Shown here: one piece after another, positions 49,867 to 60,700 of the stretch
Numbering within the stretch: position 1 is the stretch's first letter
Layout: the number at the start of each line of letters is the position of its first letter
DNA from: an uncultured Acidobacteriota bacterium
GTDB lineage: Bacteria; Acidobacteriota; Terriglobia; Acidiferrales; UBA7541
Direction of reading: 5' to 3'
Length of the DNA: 64,000 nucleotides
Assembly: GCA_963804535.1 (NCBI GenBank)
Contig: CAWDQT010000011.1
Coordinates: 26,011 to 90,010 of the forward strand
Translations under genes and position numbers: made by a program
The notes under the pieces: model-generated
The model's input: the letters and a program-made list of their open reading frames with translations, nothing else
Told to the model about the DNA's origin: nothing
The model's database searches: none

Positions 49867-52740
49867 ATGTCTAAACCCGTCAACCTGAAAACTACGCTGA
49901 ATCTCCCGCGGACGGATTTCCCCATGAAGGCGAACCTTCCGCAAAACGAACCGCGGATTCTCGCGCAATGGGAGGAGGGCAAGCTTTACGAGCGGATTCA
50001 GGAGGCGCGAAAACAGGCGCCGGCCTACGTTCTGCATGACGGTCCGCCTTATCCTACGGGCACGATCCATCTCGGGACCGCCCTGAACAAAATTCTCAAG
50101 GACATGGTGGTGAAGTCGAAAACCATGGCCGGTTTTCGAGCGCCTTACGTTCCGGGCTGGGATTGCCACGGCTTGCCCATTGAAACGCAAGTCGAGAAAG
50201 AACTCGGCGGCAAAAAGGGCCGCGTCACTCCCGTGGAGTTTCGGCGTATCTGCCGCGAATTCGCCTTGCGCTACGTCGATCAGCATCGTCGCGATTTCAA
50301 ACGCTTGGGTGTTTTGGGCCGTTGGGATGATCCATATCTTACGATGTCCAAAAGCTACGAAGCGTGCATCGCGGACGCATTTTTAACGTTTTTAGAGAAG
50401 GGATACGTCTTTCGCGGGCTGAAGCCGGTCTACTGGTGCATCTATGACCGTACCGCCTTGGCCGAAGCCGAAGTGGAGTACGAAAACCATTCCAGCCCTT
50501 CGATTTGGGTGCGTTATCGAGTAGTGGAATCCCCGGAGAAGCCCCGAACTTCAGATGGGGGCTTTTACGCTCTGGTCTGGACTACCACCCCATGGACGCT
50601 GCCCGCTAGCATGGCGCTGGCTTTCAATCCTCAACTTAAATATGTACTGGCTTCGGATGACCGGGGTGATACCTACATCATTGCTGAAGAGATGGTTAGC
50701 AGCGTCGAGAAGGAGACAGGGATGCGCTTTGGGGCCCGTGCCGGCCCATTTCCGGGCAGTATTTTTGCTCAAGCCAAGTTCCAGCATCCCTTCCTCGATC
50801 GCGTCGTTCCCGGAGTACTCGGCGAACACGTCACGCTGGAACAAGGCAGCGGCATCGTGCATACCGCTCCGGGTCATGGCGCCGAAGACTTTGCCGTGGG
50901 CCAGCAATATGGCCTCGAAACTTACGCGCCACTCGACGATCAGGGCCGTTTCACCGAAGGCCTGCCCGAATATAAGGGCAAGACCGTATTCGAGGCCAAT
51001 CCGGCCATTATCGAACTGCTGAAGTCGCGCGGGGCACTGGTCGCCGAAAGCAAACTTCACCATAGCTACCCGCACTGCTGGCGCTGCCACAATCCGGTGA
51101 TCTTTCGGGCCACCGAGCAGTGGTTTATACAACTCGATAACGGAAGTGCATCGGTTCCGGCTCCCAAAGCTCCGCCTTTACGCAAGCTGGCGCTCGACGA
51201 AATTCCCAAGGTGAAATGGACGCCCGAATGGGGCCGGGAACGCATTCACGAGATGATTGCGCATCGTCCCGACTGGTGTATTTCGCGGCAACGCGTATGG
51301 GGCGTGCCTCTGGTGATTTTCTATTGCGATAAATGCGGCCAGAGGCTCGAAGACTTTGCCGCGCTTCGCCGCGTCATTGACTGGTTTGAGCGCGAAGGCG
51401 CGGACGCCTGGTACACGCATTCCGCCGAGGAACTGCTTCCCAAAGGGACGGCTTGCGCGTGCGGTTCCGCAAAATGGCGCAAGGAAACAGATATTCTCGA
51501 CGTCTGGTTCGACTCCGGATCGTCGCATCTCGCCGTGCTCGACCCTCCGGGCAAACCAAACGCCGAATTGCCTTGGCCTGCGGACATGTATCTGGAAGGC
51601 CCGGATCAATATCGCGGCTGGTTCCATAGCTCTTTGCTGATCAGCGTCGGGATTCGCGAGCGCGCTCCCTATCGCCAGGTGCTCACGCATGGCTGGACGC
51701 TCGATGAGCAGGGCCGGCCCATGTCCAAATCGCTGGGCAATGTGATCTTGCCTACGGAAATCTGCGACAAATGGGGAGCCGACCTGCTGAGGCTGTGGGT
51801 AGCTTCGCAGGATTATCACAGCGACGTTCGTATGTCCCAGAACGTGATGACGCAGCTCTCCGAGGCTTATTTCAAGATTCGCAATACCTTCCGATTCGCT
51901 CTCGGTAATCTTTCTGACTTCGATCCCTCGCGTGATTCGGTCGCGGAAGACTCGCTGGAAGAATTGGACCGCTGGATGTTGGGAAGGACCAATCAGCTGG
52001 TCGCCAAGTGTCTGGAATTCTATGAAAGCTTCGATTTTCATCGCGTCTATCACGCTCTGTACAACTTCTGCGTTGTAGACCTGAGCGCCTTTTATTTCGA
52101 TATTCTCAAGGACCGGCTTTACACGTTTGCGGCGAAAGGCTCTGCCCGGCGCTCCGCGCAGACTGCCATCTACCGCATTGCCAGCGCTCTGGCGCGACTA
52201 CTGGCTCCGATTCTGGTCTATACAACGGATGAGCTCTGGAAATATCTGCCGCGCGAAGCGGGCGCGCCGGCCGAAGTTCATCTGTCGCTGTTTCCGCGTC
52301 CGGATGAATGCCTCCGGCGCCCCGACGAAGCACTGGAGGCCCGCTGGTCGAATTTGCTCGAAGTCCGTAATGCCGTGCTGAAATCTCTGGAGCGGGCGCG
52401 CAGTGCCAAGGAAATCAATAGCGGTCTCGAAGCTCGCGTCGAGCTTTCCGCCGATAGCAAATTGGCGCCGCTGCTTAGGGATTACGCAGCCTGGTTGCCG
52501 GCGTTGTTTATTGTTTCTCAAGTGGAGCTGACAAACGGAAACTCTCCAGCCGGTGGCTCGGGAACGCCGCCTGGCCTCGGCGTGACCATTCATCGCGCGC
52601 AGGGCAAGAAATGCGAGCGCTGCTGGAACTATTCGGTCAGAGTCGGTGAGAGCGCGGATTACCCTACCATCTGCGAGCGCTGCGTTGCGGCTCTTAAGGA
52701 AATCGATGGCGCCGATGGAACCGCCGGCGCGAAGTCCTGA
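49867..52740 (+). CDS. ileS: isoleucine--tRNA ligase
   Basis: 957-aa intact ORF with 'PPYPTGTIHLGT' (HIGH) and 'KMSKSLGN' (KMSKS). The C-terminal Zn motif is 'CERCWNY...CERC'. Confidence 0.95.
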   Translation: MSKPVNLKTTLNLPRTDFPMKANLPQNEPRILAQWEEGKLYERIQEARKQAPAYVLHDGPPYPTGTIHLGTALNKILKDMVVKSKTMAGFRAPYVPGWDCHGLPIETQVEKELGGKKGRVTPVEFRRICREFALRYVDQHRRDFKRLGVLGRWDDPYLTMSKSYEACIADAFLTFLEKGYVFRGLKPVYWCIYDRTALAEAEVEYENHSSPSIWVRYRVVESPEKPRTSDGGFYALVWTTTPWTLPASMALAFNPQLKYVLASDDRGDTYIIAEEMVSSVEKETGMRFGARAGPFPGSIFAQAKFQHPFLDRVVPGVLGEHVTLEQGSGIVHTAPGHGAEDFAVGQQYGLETYAPLDDQGRFTEGLPEYKGKTVFEANPAIIELLKSRGALVAESKLHHSYPHCWRCHNPVIFRATEQWFIQLDNGSASVPAPKAPPLRKLALDEIPKVKWTPEWGRERIHEMIAHRPDWCISRQRVWGVPLVIFYCDKCGQRLEDFAALRRVIDWFEREGADAWYTHSAEELLPKGTACACGSAKWRKETDILDVWFDSGSSHLAVLDPPGKPNAELPWPADMYLEGPDQYRGWFHSSLLISVGIRERAPYRQVLTHGWTLDEQGRPMSKSLGNVILPTEICDKWGADLLRLWVASQDYHSDVRMSQNVMTQLSEAYFKIRNTFRFALGNLSDFDPSRDSVAEDSLEELDRWMLGRTNQLVAKCLEFYESFDFHRVYHALYNFCVVDLSAFYFDILKDRLYTFAAKGSARRSAQTAIYRIASALARLLAPILVYTTDELWKYLPREAGAPAEVHLSLFPRPDECLRRPDEALEARWSNLLEVRNAVLKSLERARSAKEINSGLEARVELSADSKLAPLLRDYAAWLPALFIVSQVELTNGNSPAGGSGTPPGLGVTIHRAQGKKCERCWNYSVRVGESADYPTICERCVAALKEIDGADGTAGAKS

Positions 52741-53237
52741 TGGCCGCCCCGAGCGCGCGCTGGCTCTGGCTGGCAATGGCGGTCGTGGCAGCCGATCGCG
52801 CCACTAAATATGCCGTCGAAAGGCTCACGACCGAGGGCTTCCGGCGGCCGCTCGTCCCCAATTTCGCGGATCTCGTTCACAGCCAGAATTCAGGAATCGC
52901 TTTCGGCCTGTTTTCGGAATTGGCTTCCAAGTGGATCTCTTTCCTGCTGGTATTGAGTTCTGCAGCCGTAATTATTCTGCTCGTCTGGTTGCTGCTTGCG
53001 GGGCACGTGGGAAGGACAGAGAGCCAGGCCGGCATCGCCTTGATCGCGGGAGGAGCGGCGGGAAACCTGCTCGACCGGCTCCTGCACGGCGGCGTCACGG
53101 ATTTTCTCGAATTGCGCGCCGGCAATTTTCGCTGGCCCGCCTTCAATCTTGCCGATTCAGCCATTACCATCGGAGCGGCTCTGATTATTTTTGAAGTTTT
53201 GGCCGGCGAGAAGCATGCAACCAGAGCCCGATCGTAG
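52740..53237 (+). CDS. lspA: signal peptidase II
   Basis: 165 aa with 'NSGIAFGL', 'AGNLLDRL' and 'WPAFNLADS'. TGATG overlap with ileS. Confidence 0.9.
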   Translation: MAAPSARWLWLAMAVVAADRATKYAVERLTTEGFRRPLVPNFADLVHSQNSGIAFGLFSELASKWISFLLVLSSAAVIILLVWLLLAGHVGRTESQAGIALIAGGAAGNLLDRLLHGGVTDFLELRAGNFRWPAFNLADSAITIGAALIIFEVLAGEKHATRARS

Positions 53238-54249
53238 TCCGTCTGAAAGAGCTCCCGCACAGGACGTTGTGTTGCGCCGGTTTATCGCGTCAGCGGAGGA
53301 TGCCGGCCGCCGTCTCGACCTCTACCTCGCTTCGCGCCTTCCGGACCTCAGCCGCACTCGCATTCAGGAATTGATCGACCAGGGCCGTGTTCGTGTCAGC
53401 GAACGCCTGGCACGCCGGGCGCAGCTGGTGATGGCAGGCGACACCATAGAAATTGAAGTTTTGCCCCGCCCGCCATTGCGGGCTGCGCCCGAAGAGATAC
53501 CAATTGACGTGCTCTACGAGGACGAAGACGTCATCGCGGTGAATAAGCCTGCGGGAATGGTCGTTCACGCCGGAGCCGGGGCGACGCGAGGCACGCTCGT
53601 CAACGCTTTGCTCCATCACTTCGGAACGCTATCAACGGTTGGCGGAAATCTTCGTCCGGGAATCGTGCACCGGCTGGACCGCGGCACCTCCGGAGCCATG
53701 ATCGTAGCGCGCAATGATGTCGCCCATCGCGTTCTCGGCGAGCAGTTCCGCTCGCGCGCAGTCAAAAAGACATATATTGCCTTGCTTCATGGCCGGCTGG
53801 CCCGGGATGCCGGAACAATCGAGCGCCCGATCACGCGCGATCCGCAACGCCGAACGCGCATGACCGCACACCTCGCGCATGGCCGCGCGGCCCAGACGGA
53901 TTGGCGCGTGCTGCTGCGCCTGGGAAATTTCACGCTGGTCGAAGCCCAGCCGCGCACCGGGCGCACGCACCAGATTCGCGCGCATTTTGTTGCGATAGGA
54001 CATCCGTTGGTGGGGGACACGCTATATGGCGCACCACGCCAGGTTCGCGCCGGCGGAGCTTCTCTCAAACCACTGGGGCGCGTGTTCCTACATGCGGCGC
54101 GCCTGAGCTTCGCTCATCCGCGTACAGGCGCATCCATCGAAATCCGGGCGCCGCTCGACGCCGGATTGCGTAATTATCTGAACGAGTTAGCCCTGGGCAC
54201 GGATATCGACACACGAAAGGTTGACGCCGCTTTACGCCGGTACCTATAA
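53215..54249 (+). CDS. rluD: RluA-family 23S rRNA pseudouridine synthase (RluD-like)
   Basis: S4 domain 'RLDLYLA' and catalytic 'HRLDRGTSGAMIVA', with 'GRTHQIRAHF'. Confidence 0.88.
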   Translation: MQPEPDRSPSERAPAQDVVLRRFIASAEDAGRRLDLYLASRLPDLSRTRIQELIDQGRVRVSERLARRAQLVMAGDTIEIEVLPRPPLRAAPEEIPIDVLYEDEDVIAVNKPAGMVVHAGAGATRGTLVNALLHHFGTLSTVGGNLRPGIVHRLDRGTSGAMIVARNDVAHRVLGEQFRSRAVKKTYIALLHGRLARDAGTIERPITRDPQRRTRMTAHLAHGRAAQTDWRVLLRLGNFTLVEAQPRTGRTHQIRAHFVAIGHPLVGDTLYGAPRQVRAGGASLKPLGRVFLHAARLSFAHPRTGASIEIRAPLDAGLRNYLNELALGTDIDTRKVDAALRRYL

Positions 54250-54257
54250 TTTCACCA

Positions 54258-55300
54258 ATGCGTCTTCGTATTACCTCCGCAGTTCTGGCCGTAGCGATAG
54301 TGTGTTGCGCAAACCTGTATGCCCAGCAGCCGTCACAGCCGGTACGCCTCCGCCGGCGCCGCCTGAACCTCCGTTAAATGCAAAGCAGTCCATCCGCCAG
54401 AACGTAAATCTCGTTGATGTTTTGTTCACGGTCCTCAATAAGCAGAACAAGATCGTGGGGGACCTGAACCGGGACAATTTCACGGTCTTCGATGACGGTG
54501 CGCAGCAGGATATACGGTTTTTCAACCGGCAGACGGACATGCCTTTGCGCGTCGGGTTGCTCATGGACACTTCCAATAGTATTCGCGACCGGCTTAAGTT
54601 TGAGCAGCAGGCGGCCATTGATTTTCTTTACAACGTGATCCGGCGCGATAAGGACAAGGCGTTTCTGATGACCGTCGATGATGAGCCGGAGATGGTCCAA
54701 GGATTTACCGGTGACCTCGACGCCATTCGCGAGGTCATCCTGAAGCAGCGGGCCGGAGGCGGAACAGCGCTTTATGACGCGATCTATCAGGCCTGCCAGC
54801 AACTGCTCAAGCTGCCGCCAATAGTCGGCGATCCAGACAAGGACGTTCGCCCTGTTCTGGTTGTCATCAGCGATGGCGACGATAATCTAAGCCGCCATTC
54901 GCGCGGTGAGGCGCTGGAGATTGCCACGCGAGCCGGCATCGTCATTTACACCATCAGCACAAGCACGAACTGGATCCTCACCGATCAGGAAGTTGGCCAC
55001 GGCGATCCTTCCAATCGGAAATATATGAAGGACGAGGGCGACAAAGTTCTGCAGCAGTTTTCTGACGATAGCGGCGGCCGCGCCTTCTTCCCCTATCGCG
55101 TTGACGACCTGGCCCAGTCGTTTGCCTATATCGGAGATGAACTCCGCAGCCAGTATTCCCTAGCATACGTCCCCATGCGCCCCGCCGACGGCAAGTTCCA
55201 CAAGATTCGCGTTGAAGTGAATGCTAAAAACCTTCAGGTGCGCGCGCGCAAAGGCTACTACGCGGCCCCAATTGAAGCGTCTGCCGCTACGGCCCGCTGA
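54258..55300 (+). CDS. secreted VWA domain protein (acidobacterial VWFA-related type), N-terminal frameshift as sequenced
   Basis: Signal peptide 'MRLRITSAVLAVAIVCCANLYAQQ' from ATG 54258 is out of frame with body ORF 54221..55300 (indel about 54325-54345). 'VGLLMDTSNSI' MIDAS and 'YSLAYVP' are present. Confidence 0.8.
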
Positions 55301-55308
55301 ATCAGATC

Positions 55309-56271
55309 TTAATTTTTGGGGGCGTAATATCCACGTCGCGCGAGAACATCCAGGTCTTTGCGCGTCGTGTCCACTTTGATCTTGCGGTAGCTTCCGTCCC
55401 GTGCTGTGTTGGTTGAATAGTAGCCTACCGTGTACTGGCTGCGCAGTTCTTGGCTGATCTGATCGAAGGCTTGCTCCAGATTCTTTTCGTTCCGAACGAC
55501 AATCGTCCGGCCGCCGGTTTCGTCGGTCAGTTTCTTGGCGACACTTTCGTTGCCGCCGCCGTAGTGAGGATCGGCAACGAGCAGGATGTGCACGACGGTA
55601 TCGGTCCGCTGTGCAGCCTCGATGGCGTCCTGCAGTTTCAGCGTGCTGCCTTCGTCCTGAGCGTCCGTGAGGACTACGATAGCCTTGCGCCCGGCTTCTT
55701 CCGCGAGCCGGTCATGACAGGCGGCGTAAACGGCGTCGTAAAAAACGGTCCCTGGTATTGACTGCGCCAGCGGCCCTTGAGCGCCTGGCGAGTTGATGCG
55801 CGTGCGATTGATGGCGCGATCGAGCCTGCTCTGATCGTCGGTAAGATCGGCCAGCAGGTCCGAATCGGTGTCAAAGCTGACCACCATTGCCAGGTCGCCC
55901 TTGCGCAAGACGCGAGAAAGGAAGCGCACCGCAGCTTCCTGTTCGGCGCCCAGAGTGTTCGTTTCGCTCCCGCTGGTGTCAATCAAAAGGCCGAGCGTGA
56001 TCGGCAGGGTCGATTCTTTGGAAAAAAAGGAAATCTTCTGCTCGGCGCCGTCTTCGGTGACCTTGAAATCGCCCTGCTCGAGATTGGAAACGATCTGCTT
56101 GGTTTTCTTGTCACGCACGGTCGCGAACAGGTTGACCAGATTGACCTGCACGCGAATGCCGCCCTGCTGCAGTGGGTCCGAATTCTGCGCCGCCGGCACG
56201 CTGAGACCCGGGAGGAGGAGCGCCGCCAGTGCTCCGACTAAAACTTTGAGGCTGAGACGTTCCGACCTCAT
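55309..56271 (-). CDS. secreted VWA domain protein (acidobacterial VWFA-related type)
   Basis: 320 aa with 'LGLLIDTSGSE' and 'YTVGYYS...KIKVDT...LARRGYYA'. Confidence 0.85.
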   Translation of the reverse strand: MRSERLSLKVLVGALAALLLPGLSVPAAQNSDPLQQGGIRVQVNLVNLFATVRDKKTKQIVSNLEQGDFKVTEDGAEQKISFFSKESTLPITLGLLIDTSGSETNTLGAEQEAAVRFLSRVLRKGDLAMVVSFDTDSDLLADLTDDQSRLDRAINRTRINSPGAQGPLAQSIPGTVFYDAVYAACHDRLAEEAGRKAIVVLTDAQDEGSTLKLQDAIEAAQRTDTVVHILLVADPHYGGGNESVAKKLTDETGGRTIVVRNEKNLEQAFDQISQELRSQYTVGYYSTNTARDGSYRKIKVDTTRKDLDVLARRGYYAPKN

Positions 56272-56306
56272 CGTATAATCTCCATTGGAATTGACTTGCC
56301 CTTACG

Positions 56307-57449
56307 ATGCGCCATCGCCTCATGAAGGATGCGCGCCAGATTTCGTCCTCGTCTCGAAGACTGAGATCACCTTGGAATTGTCGGCCTGTGAGTCGCCTGC
56401 GTCAACCCGCGCTCTCGGCTTTAGTCATCGCTCTTGCGGTGTTCCTGGCGAAGGCCGCCCAAATTAGCCCTGCTGCGCCGCCAGCGCCCCAGGCGCAAGA
56501 GTCACCACAAAAACAGACGTCCGACCCGCGCGCCAGAATTCGCACTACCGTTGAGTTGGTCGTCGTGCCGGTGACAGTAAAAGACTCGAAAGGCAATCTT
56601 GTCGCTGATCTTGGGAAAAATGACTTCCGCGTCCTCGAAGATGGCGTCGAGCAACAGGTCTCGGTCTTTGCGACCGATGCCGTTCCGCTTTCCGCCGTGG
56701 TCCTGCTCGATGACGACCTCAAGCCCAAAGCCGCCGACCAGTTGCACAAGAGCCTGCTTGCCATCGCCGGCGCCTTCAGCGAATCCGACGAAGTAGGCCT
56801 GGCCAAATTCGCATCATTCTTCACGCCCGTTATGGACTTCACCAAAGACAATGATCAGCTGATGGCTGAGCTGAAGCGGATCATTTCAGGCGAAGACAGC
56901 TTACCCGACCCGGAATCGAACGCACCGCACCCCACAGCCGGCGACCATCCCATTCCCGGGTTCCCCACCGGCCCGCAGCAAGCAACAGTCGACAAGAGTA
57001 CGAAGCACATTGACGACGCCGTTCACGCCGCCGCCGAAGCTTTGCGCGTCCGTGATCGCGAACGGCGCAAGGTCATCATCCTGGTCTCCGACGGAGTGAA
57101 CGCCAAAACCAACACCTATAACTACGATCAGACACTGGCGCTGCTGCTCTCGTCCGATGTATCGGTCTATGCCATTGGCACCGATGCCGCACTGTTGCGC
57201 CGCGGCGCCAGCCCCCTTTCGCGTTATGCGCGCGCCACCGGCGGCGACACGTACTTCGTGAGCAATCAGGCCGCGCTTTCGCGTGCCTATTCCCAAGTTG
57301 CCGAACAAGCGCGCCACCAATACACGATTAGCTACGCGCCAATGGGGACCGATCGCACCCAGAATTATCACTCCATCGAAGTGCGCGTGGAGCGGCCCGG
57401 GCTCGAAGTGTTTTCACGCGACGGCTACTACCTCGCTCGCCTCCCTTGA
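56307..57449 (+). CDS. secreted VWA domain protein (acidobacterial VWFA-related type)
   Basis: 'VELVVVPVTVKDSKGN', 'YTISYAP' and 'SRDGYYLA'. Alternative start GTG 56388 gives a cleaner signal peptide. Confidence 0.8.
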   Translation: MRHRLMKDARQISSSSRRLRSPWNCRPVSRLRQPALSALVIALAVFLAKAAQISPAAPPAPQAQESPQKQTSDPRARIRTTVELVVVPVTVKDSKGNLVADLGKNDFRVLEDGVEQQVSVFATDAVPLSAVVLLDDDLKPKAADQLHKSLLAIAGAFSESDEVGLAKFASFFTPVMDFTKDNDQLMAELKRIISGEDSLPDPESNAPHPTAGDHPIPGFPTGPQQATVDKSTKHIDDAVHAAAEALRVRDRERRKVIILVSDGVNAKTNTYNYDQTLALLLSSDVSVYAIGTDAALLRRGASPLSRYARATGGDTYFVSNQAALSRAYSQVAEQARHQYTISYAPMGTDRTQNYHSIEVRVERPGLEVFSRDGYYLARLP

Positions 57450-57575
57450 TGTTGGCACGGCGCCGCACTTAGCACAGCGTTTCCTCCAGAGCCCGCTTGT
57501 CCTGAGCTTCGAAGGGTGCGGTCTGCGCCACAACTTTCGCTTGACATAAAAAGCCGTGGACCTTAGAAAGTATGG

Positions 57576-57741
57576 CAGCGCGTTTCGAACGAAACTTTTC
57601 GCGAAACGCGCGAGGATCCCGAAGGGGAGAAGCCTCTCAACGAGAGGCAATGCGCGGCAAGGCGGAAGAGACGGACCCGGAGCAGCCAACTTTCTCTTCC
57701 TGATATTTCAAAGCGGGGCGCTACGGGGCGTCCCGCTTTTT
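57576..57741 (+). ncRNA. candidate structured small RNA (or structured 3' UTR)
   Basis: TTGACA (57541-57546), 17 nt, TAGAAA (57564-57569). Three hairpins follow (57578-57611, 57632-57648, and 57664-57671 paired with 57693-57700), then an intrinsic terminator. No credible ORF. Confidence 0.3.
57710..57741. terminator. bidirectional intrinsic terminator between convergent VWA and helicase genes
   Basis: 9-bp GC-rich stem 'gcggggcgc/gcgtcccgc' with a 6-nt loop, flanked by AAA on the 5' side and TTTTT on the 3' side. It lies 22 nt past the helicase stop. Confidence 0.7.
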
Positions 57742-57762
57742 CGATTCTCACCAATTCCTGCT

Positions 57763-60700
57763 TTAATTTTGTTTCAGGGACGAACGAACGGCTTCTTGTT
57801 CTGCAGGCTTGCCGCTTTCGATTTGCACTGACCGCGATTCCTGCGCGGGGCACAAAAATCGATATTCGCAATATTTGCAGATGAAGCCCGGGCGCGCGGG
57901 AAATTCGCGCGCGCGAATATCGAACGCGACTTCCTGAATCGTCCCGTGCAGCTCTTGAAGCTGCTTCTCTTCGCGCGAAGCGAAAACGCACGTATTGTCT
58001 TGCAGGTTGTAATAAATCAGCCGGACCGGCTTTACATCGAGCACTTCGCGAGCCGCCAGTGCATAGACGCTCAGTTGCAAATCCTTCTGAGCGTGCGTCT
58101 CTGATTTCGGCTTTCCCGTCTTGTAATCGATAATTTCCACTTCGCCGGGAGCGACGCGATTGATCTGATCCATGCGGCCGATCAATTCAATCCCGTTCTC
58201 GCATTTGATGGTGAAGCGCTTTTCCTGCGCGGTCACGTGAGCCGGGGTGTCGAGCGCGGTCGTATGAAAGGCCCGCAGTTGCTCGATTCCATCATTGAGG
58301 TAAAGCTCTTCCTGGTGGCGGTCTTCGAAACCCGCCGAAGTCCACTCGCGCCTGAAAATCGCCACCACCTCTTCGAAGCTGAGCCGCAGGCCCTTGCGCA
58401 ACGCGGCGATGAATTGGCGGATCGTGTTGTGCATTACGCTGCCGAAAGTAGTTGCCGCGGCCGGACCGCCCCCGATGCCCCAGACTTTGCTGAAAAGATA
58501 TTTCTGCGGACATTTCTGATACGTCTCGATTCCCGAGGCGCTCAATTGCAATGGTTCGAAAACCGGCGGGCGGTAGCGCTCCGCCCATCGCGCGATCAAC
58601 GAATAGATCCGCGGCTCTGCGTCCGAAAAAAGCAGCGGCTCGGCAACTGCGGGCATGCGTGCCGCTTTCGCCGCAGGCGCAACCGGCGCGGCTTGCTCCA
58701 CATTTTGCTTCGCAACATGAGGCGCGCTCAAAATGTCTTCAAGGAAAACGGAAGGCCGCGAGCGCTTATGCACCACCGTCGTCAAAGTCAGCCGCTCGCG
58801 CGCTCTGGTGATGGCCACGTAAAACAGACGGCGCTCCTCCTGAATGTGGAAGTCGCCGCGCGGCAATTCCTCTTTCATCAGCGCTTCCGGAAACTCGAGC
58901 ACCGGGGCGCGCGGCGCCATGGGAAATCCGCGATGAGTCAGCCGCAAAACAAACACATGCTCGAATTCCAGCCCCTTCGCCGCATGCACGGTCATCAGTT
59001 GAACCGCGTCGCGCGAATCTTGCTCCAGATTGATTTGCCCGCCGGCCTGCATGAAGTAATCGAGATATTCGACAAATTCCGGCAGGCGCGAAGTTTCGCC
59101 CTTGGATTGCCATTCGCGAACAAATTGCGCGAGCCGCCGAATGTAGGGCCGATCGGCGGAACGAATGCTGAGCGGAAGTTCCAGCCATTTTTCCAGCGCT
59201 TCGAACAAATCCGTCGCATCGATCGCGCCGCTTCGCAGGCGCAGCTCGTTCAGTCCGGCGATTAAGTCATTCGTCGCAGGCGCGCGTCCGCTGAAAGACA
59301 GTTCGCCTTGCGGCGCTTGCAGCTCATCCCACAGCGAACGCCTGGCCTTGGCGGCGCGCTCGCACGTCCGTACCAGGTCCGCAGGATCGAGTCCCCACGC
59401 CGGCGCGGCCAGCACGCGCGCGCAGGCAATATTGTCGGCGGGATTTACGATCAGGCGCAGATAAGCCAGCAGATCGCGCACCAGCGGATGATCGAGAATC
59501 GAGAGATTGCGGATCACAAAGGGAATGCCGCGTTCTTCGAGCGCGCTGACCAGTTCCGCGCGATGTCCATGAATGCGATAGAGTGCGGCGAATTTCCGCC
59601 AGTTCAAGCCGGCCGCATGCAGGCGATCGATTTCCGCCGCGATCCACCGGGCTTCTTCCTGCGCGGACCCGAATTCCACGATGCGCACTTTTTCGCCGTC
59701 GGGTTTGTGCGGCACGAGCTCTTTCTTGGGCACGAGCGGCGAATGATCGATGAAAGAGACCACCTGGCCAGCCGTGCGCAGAATGCGCGCCGTGGACCGG
59801 TAGTTATCCACGAGCGGCTGAACAAATCGCGAGGCCCCGGCAGTATCGTTGCGAGGCACGCCGGCAAAACGCTCGAGGAAAATCGTGAAGCTCCCGAATG
59901 AGGCGCCGCGAAAACGGTAAATCGCCTGCGCGTTGTCCCCCACAGCGACGACGTTGCGATGATCCGCCGCGAGCTGCCAGAGCAATTCGATTTGGGCGAT
60001 GTTGGTGTCCTGGAATTCGTCCACCAGGATGTAGCGATAGCGCGCGCGCAGCGCCGCGGCAAAGTCGGAATCGCTGCGAAGCAAATGGACGGCGTCGAGC
60101 AACTGCATGCCGAACGTGAGCAGGTTGCGTTCGCGCAGCAGGCGGTCGCTGGCTCGATAAGCCCGGGCGATCTCGCGCTGTTCCGCGATCCCCTCTTCGC
60201 GCAGCCGCTGTTCGTCTTCAAGAAGTGTGTGTTTCTCTCTCGCATACTTGTCAGCCAACGATTCGACATACCGCTCGTAATCGTCCGGCGTAACCAATTC
60301 ATCCTGGCACCGTGAAAAGAACTTCACGAAGTCGCCCAGGAATTGGCCCGGTTCCGCCAGCCGCCGATAGCGTTCCAGCGCCAGCACCGAAAGATTTCGG
60401 CGCAGCAGAATCCAGTGATCGACGTCGTCGAGCGTCTGCAGCTTGGGATTGCGTTCCAGCAGCAGGGCATTGCAGAAGGCGTGAAAGGTTCCCACAAAAA
60501 CGCCTTGGCCACGCTCGCCCGCGGTACGAATCACGCGATGCTTCATCTCGCCCGCGGCCCTGTCCGTGAACGTTAACGCGAGAATAGATTCGCCCGGCAG
60601 CTTCGGATCGGTTTCCAGCAGGTGGCGGATTCGTTCCGTAATGACGCGCGTCTTGCCGGTGCCCGCGCCGGCAACCACCAGCAGCGGCCCTCCGCCGTGG

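Noticed and set aside
57672-57692. 'ccggagcagcc' resembles the 'GGAAGCAGCC' core of bacterial SRP (4.5S) RNA.
   Set aside because: The flanking sequence lacks the GNRA-capped helix 8 and the 5' 'GGUGCU...CAGG' partner strand. The similarity is too short to support an SRP RNA call.
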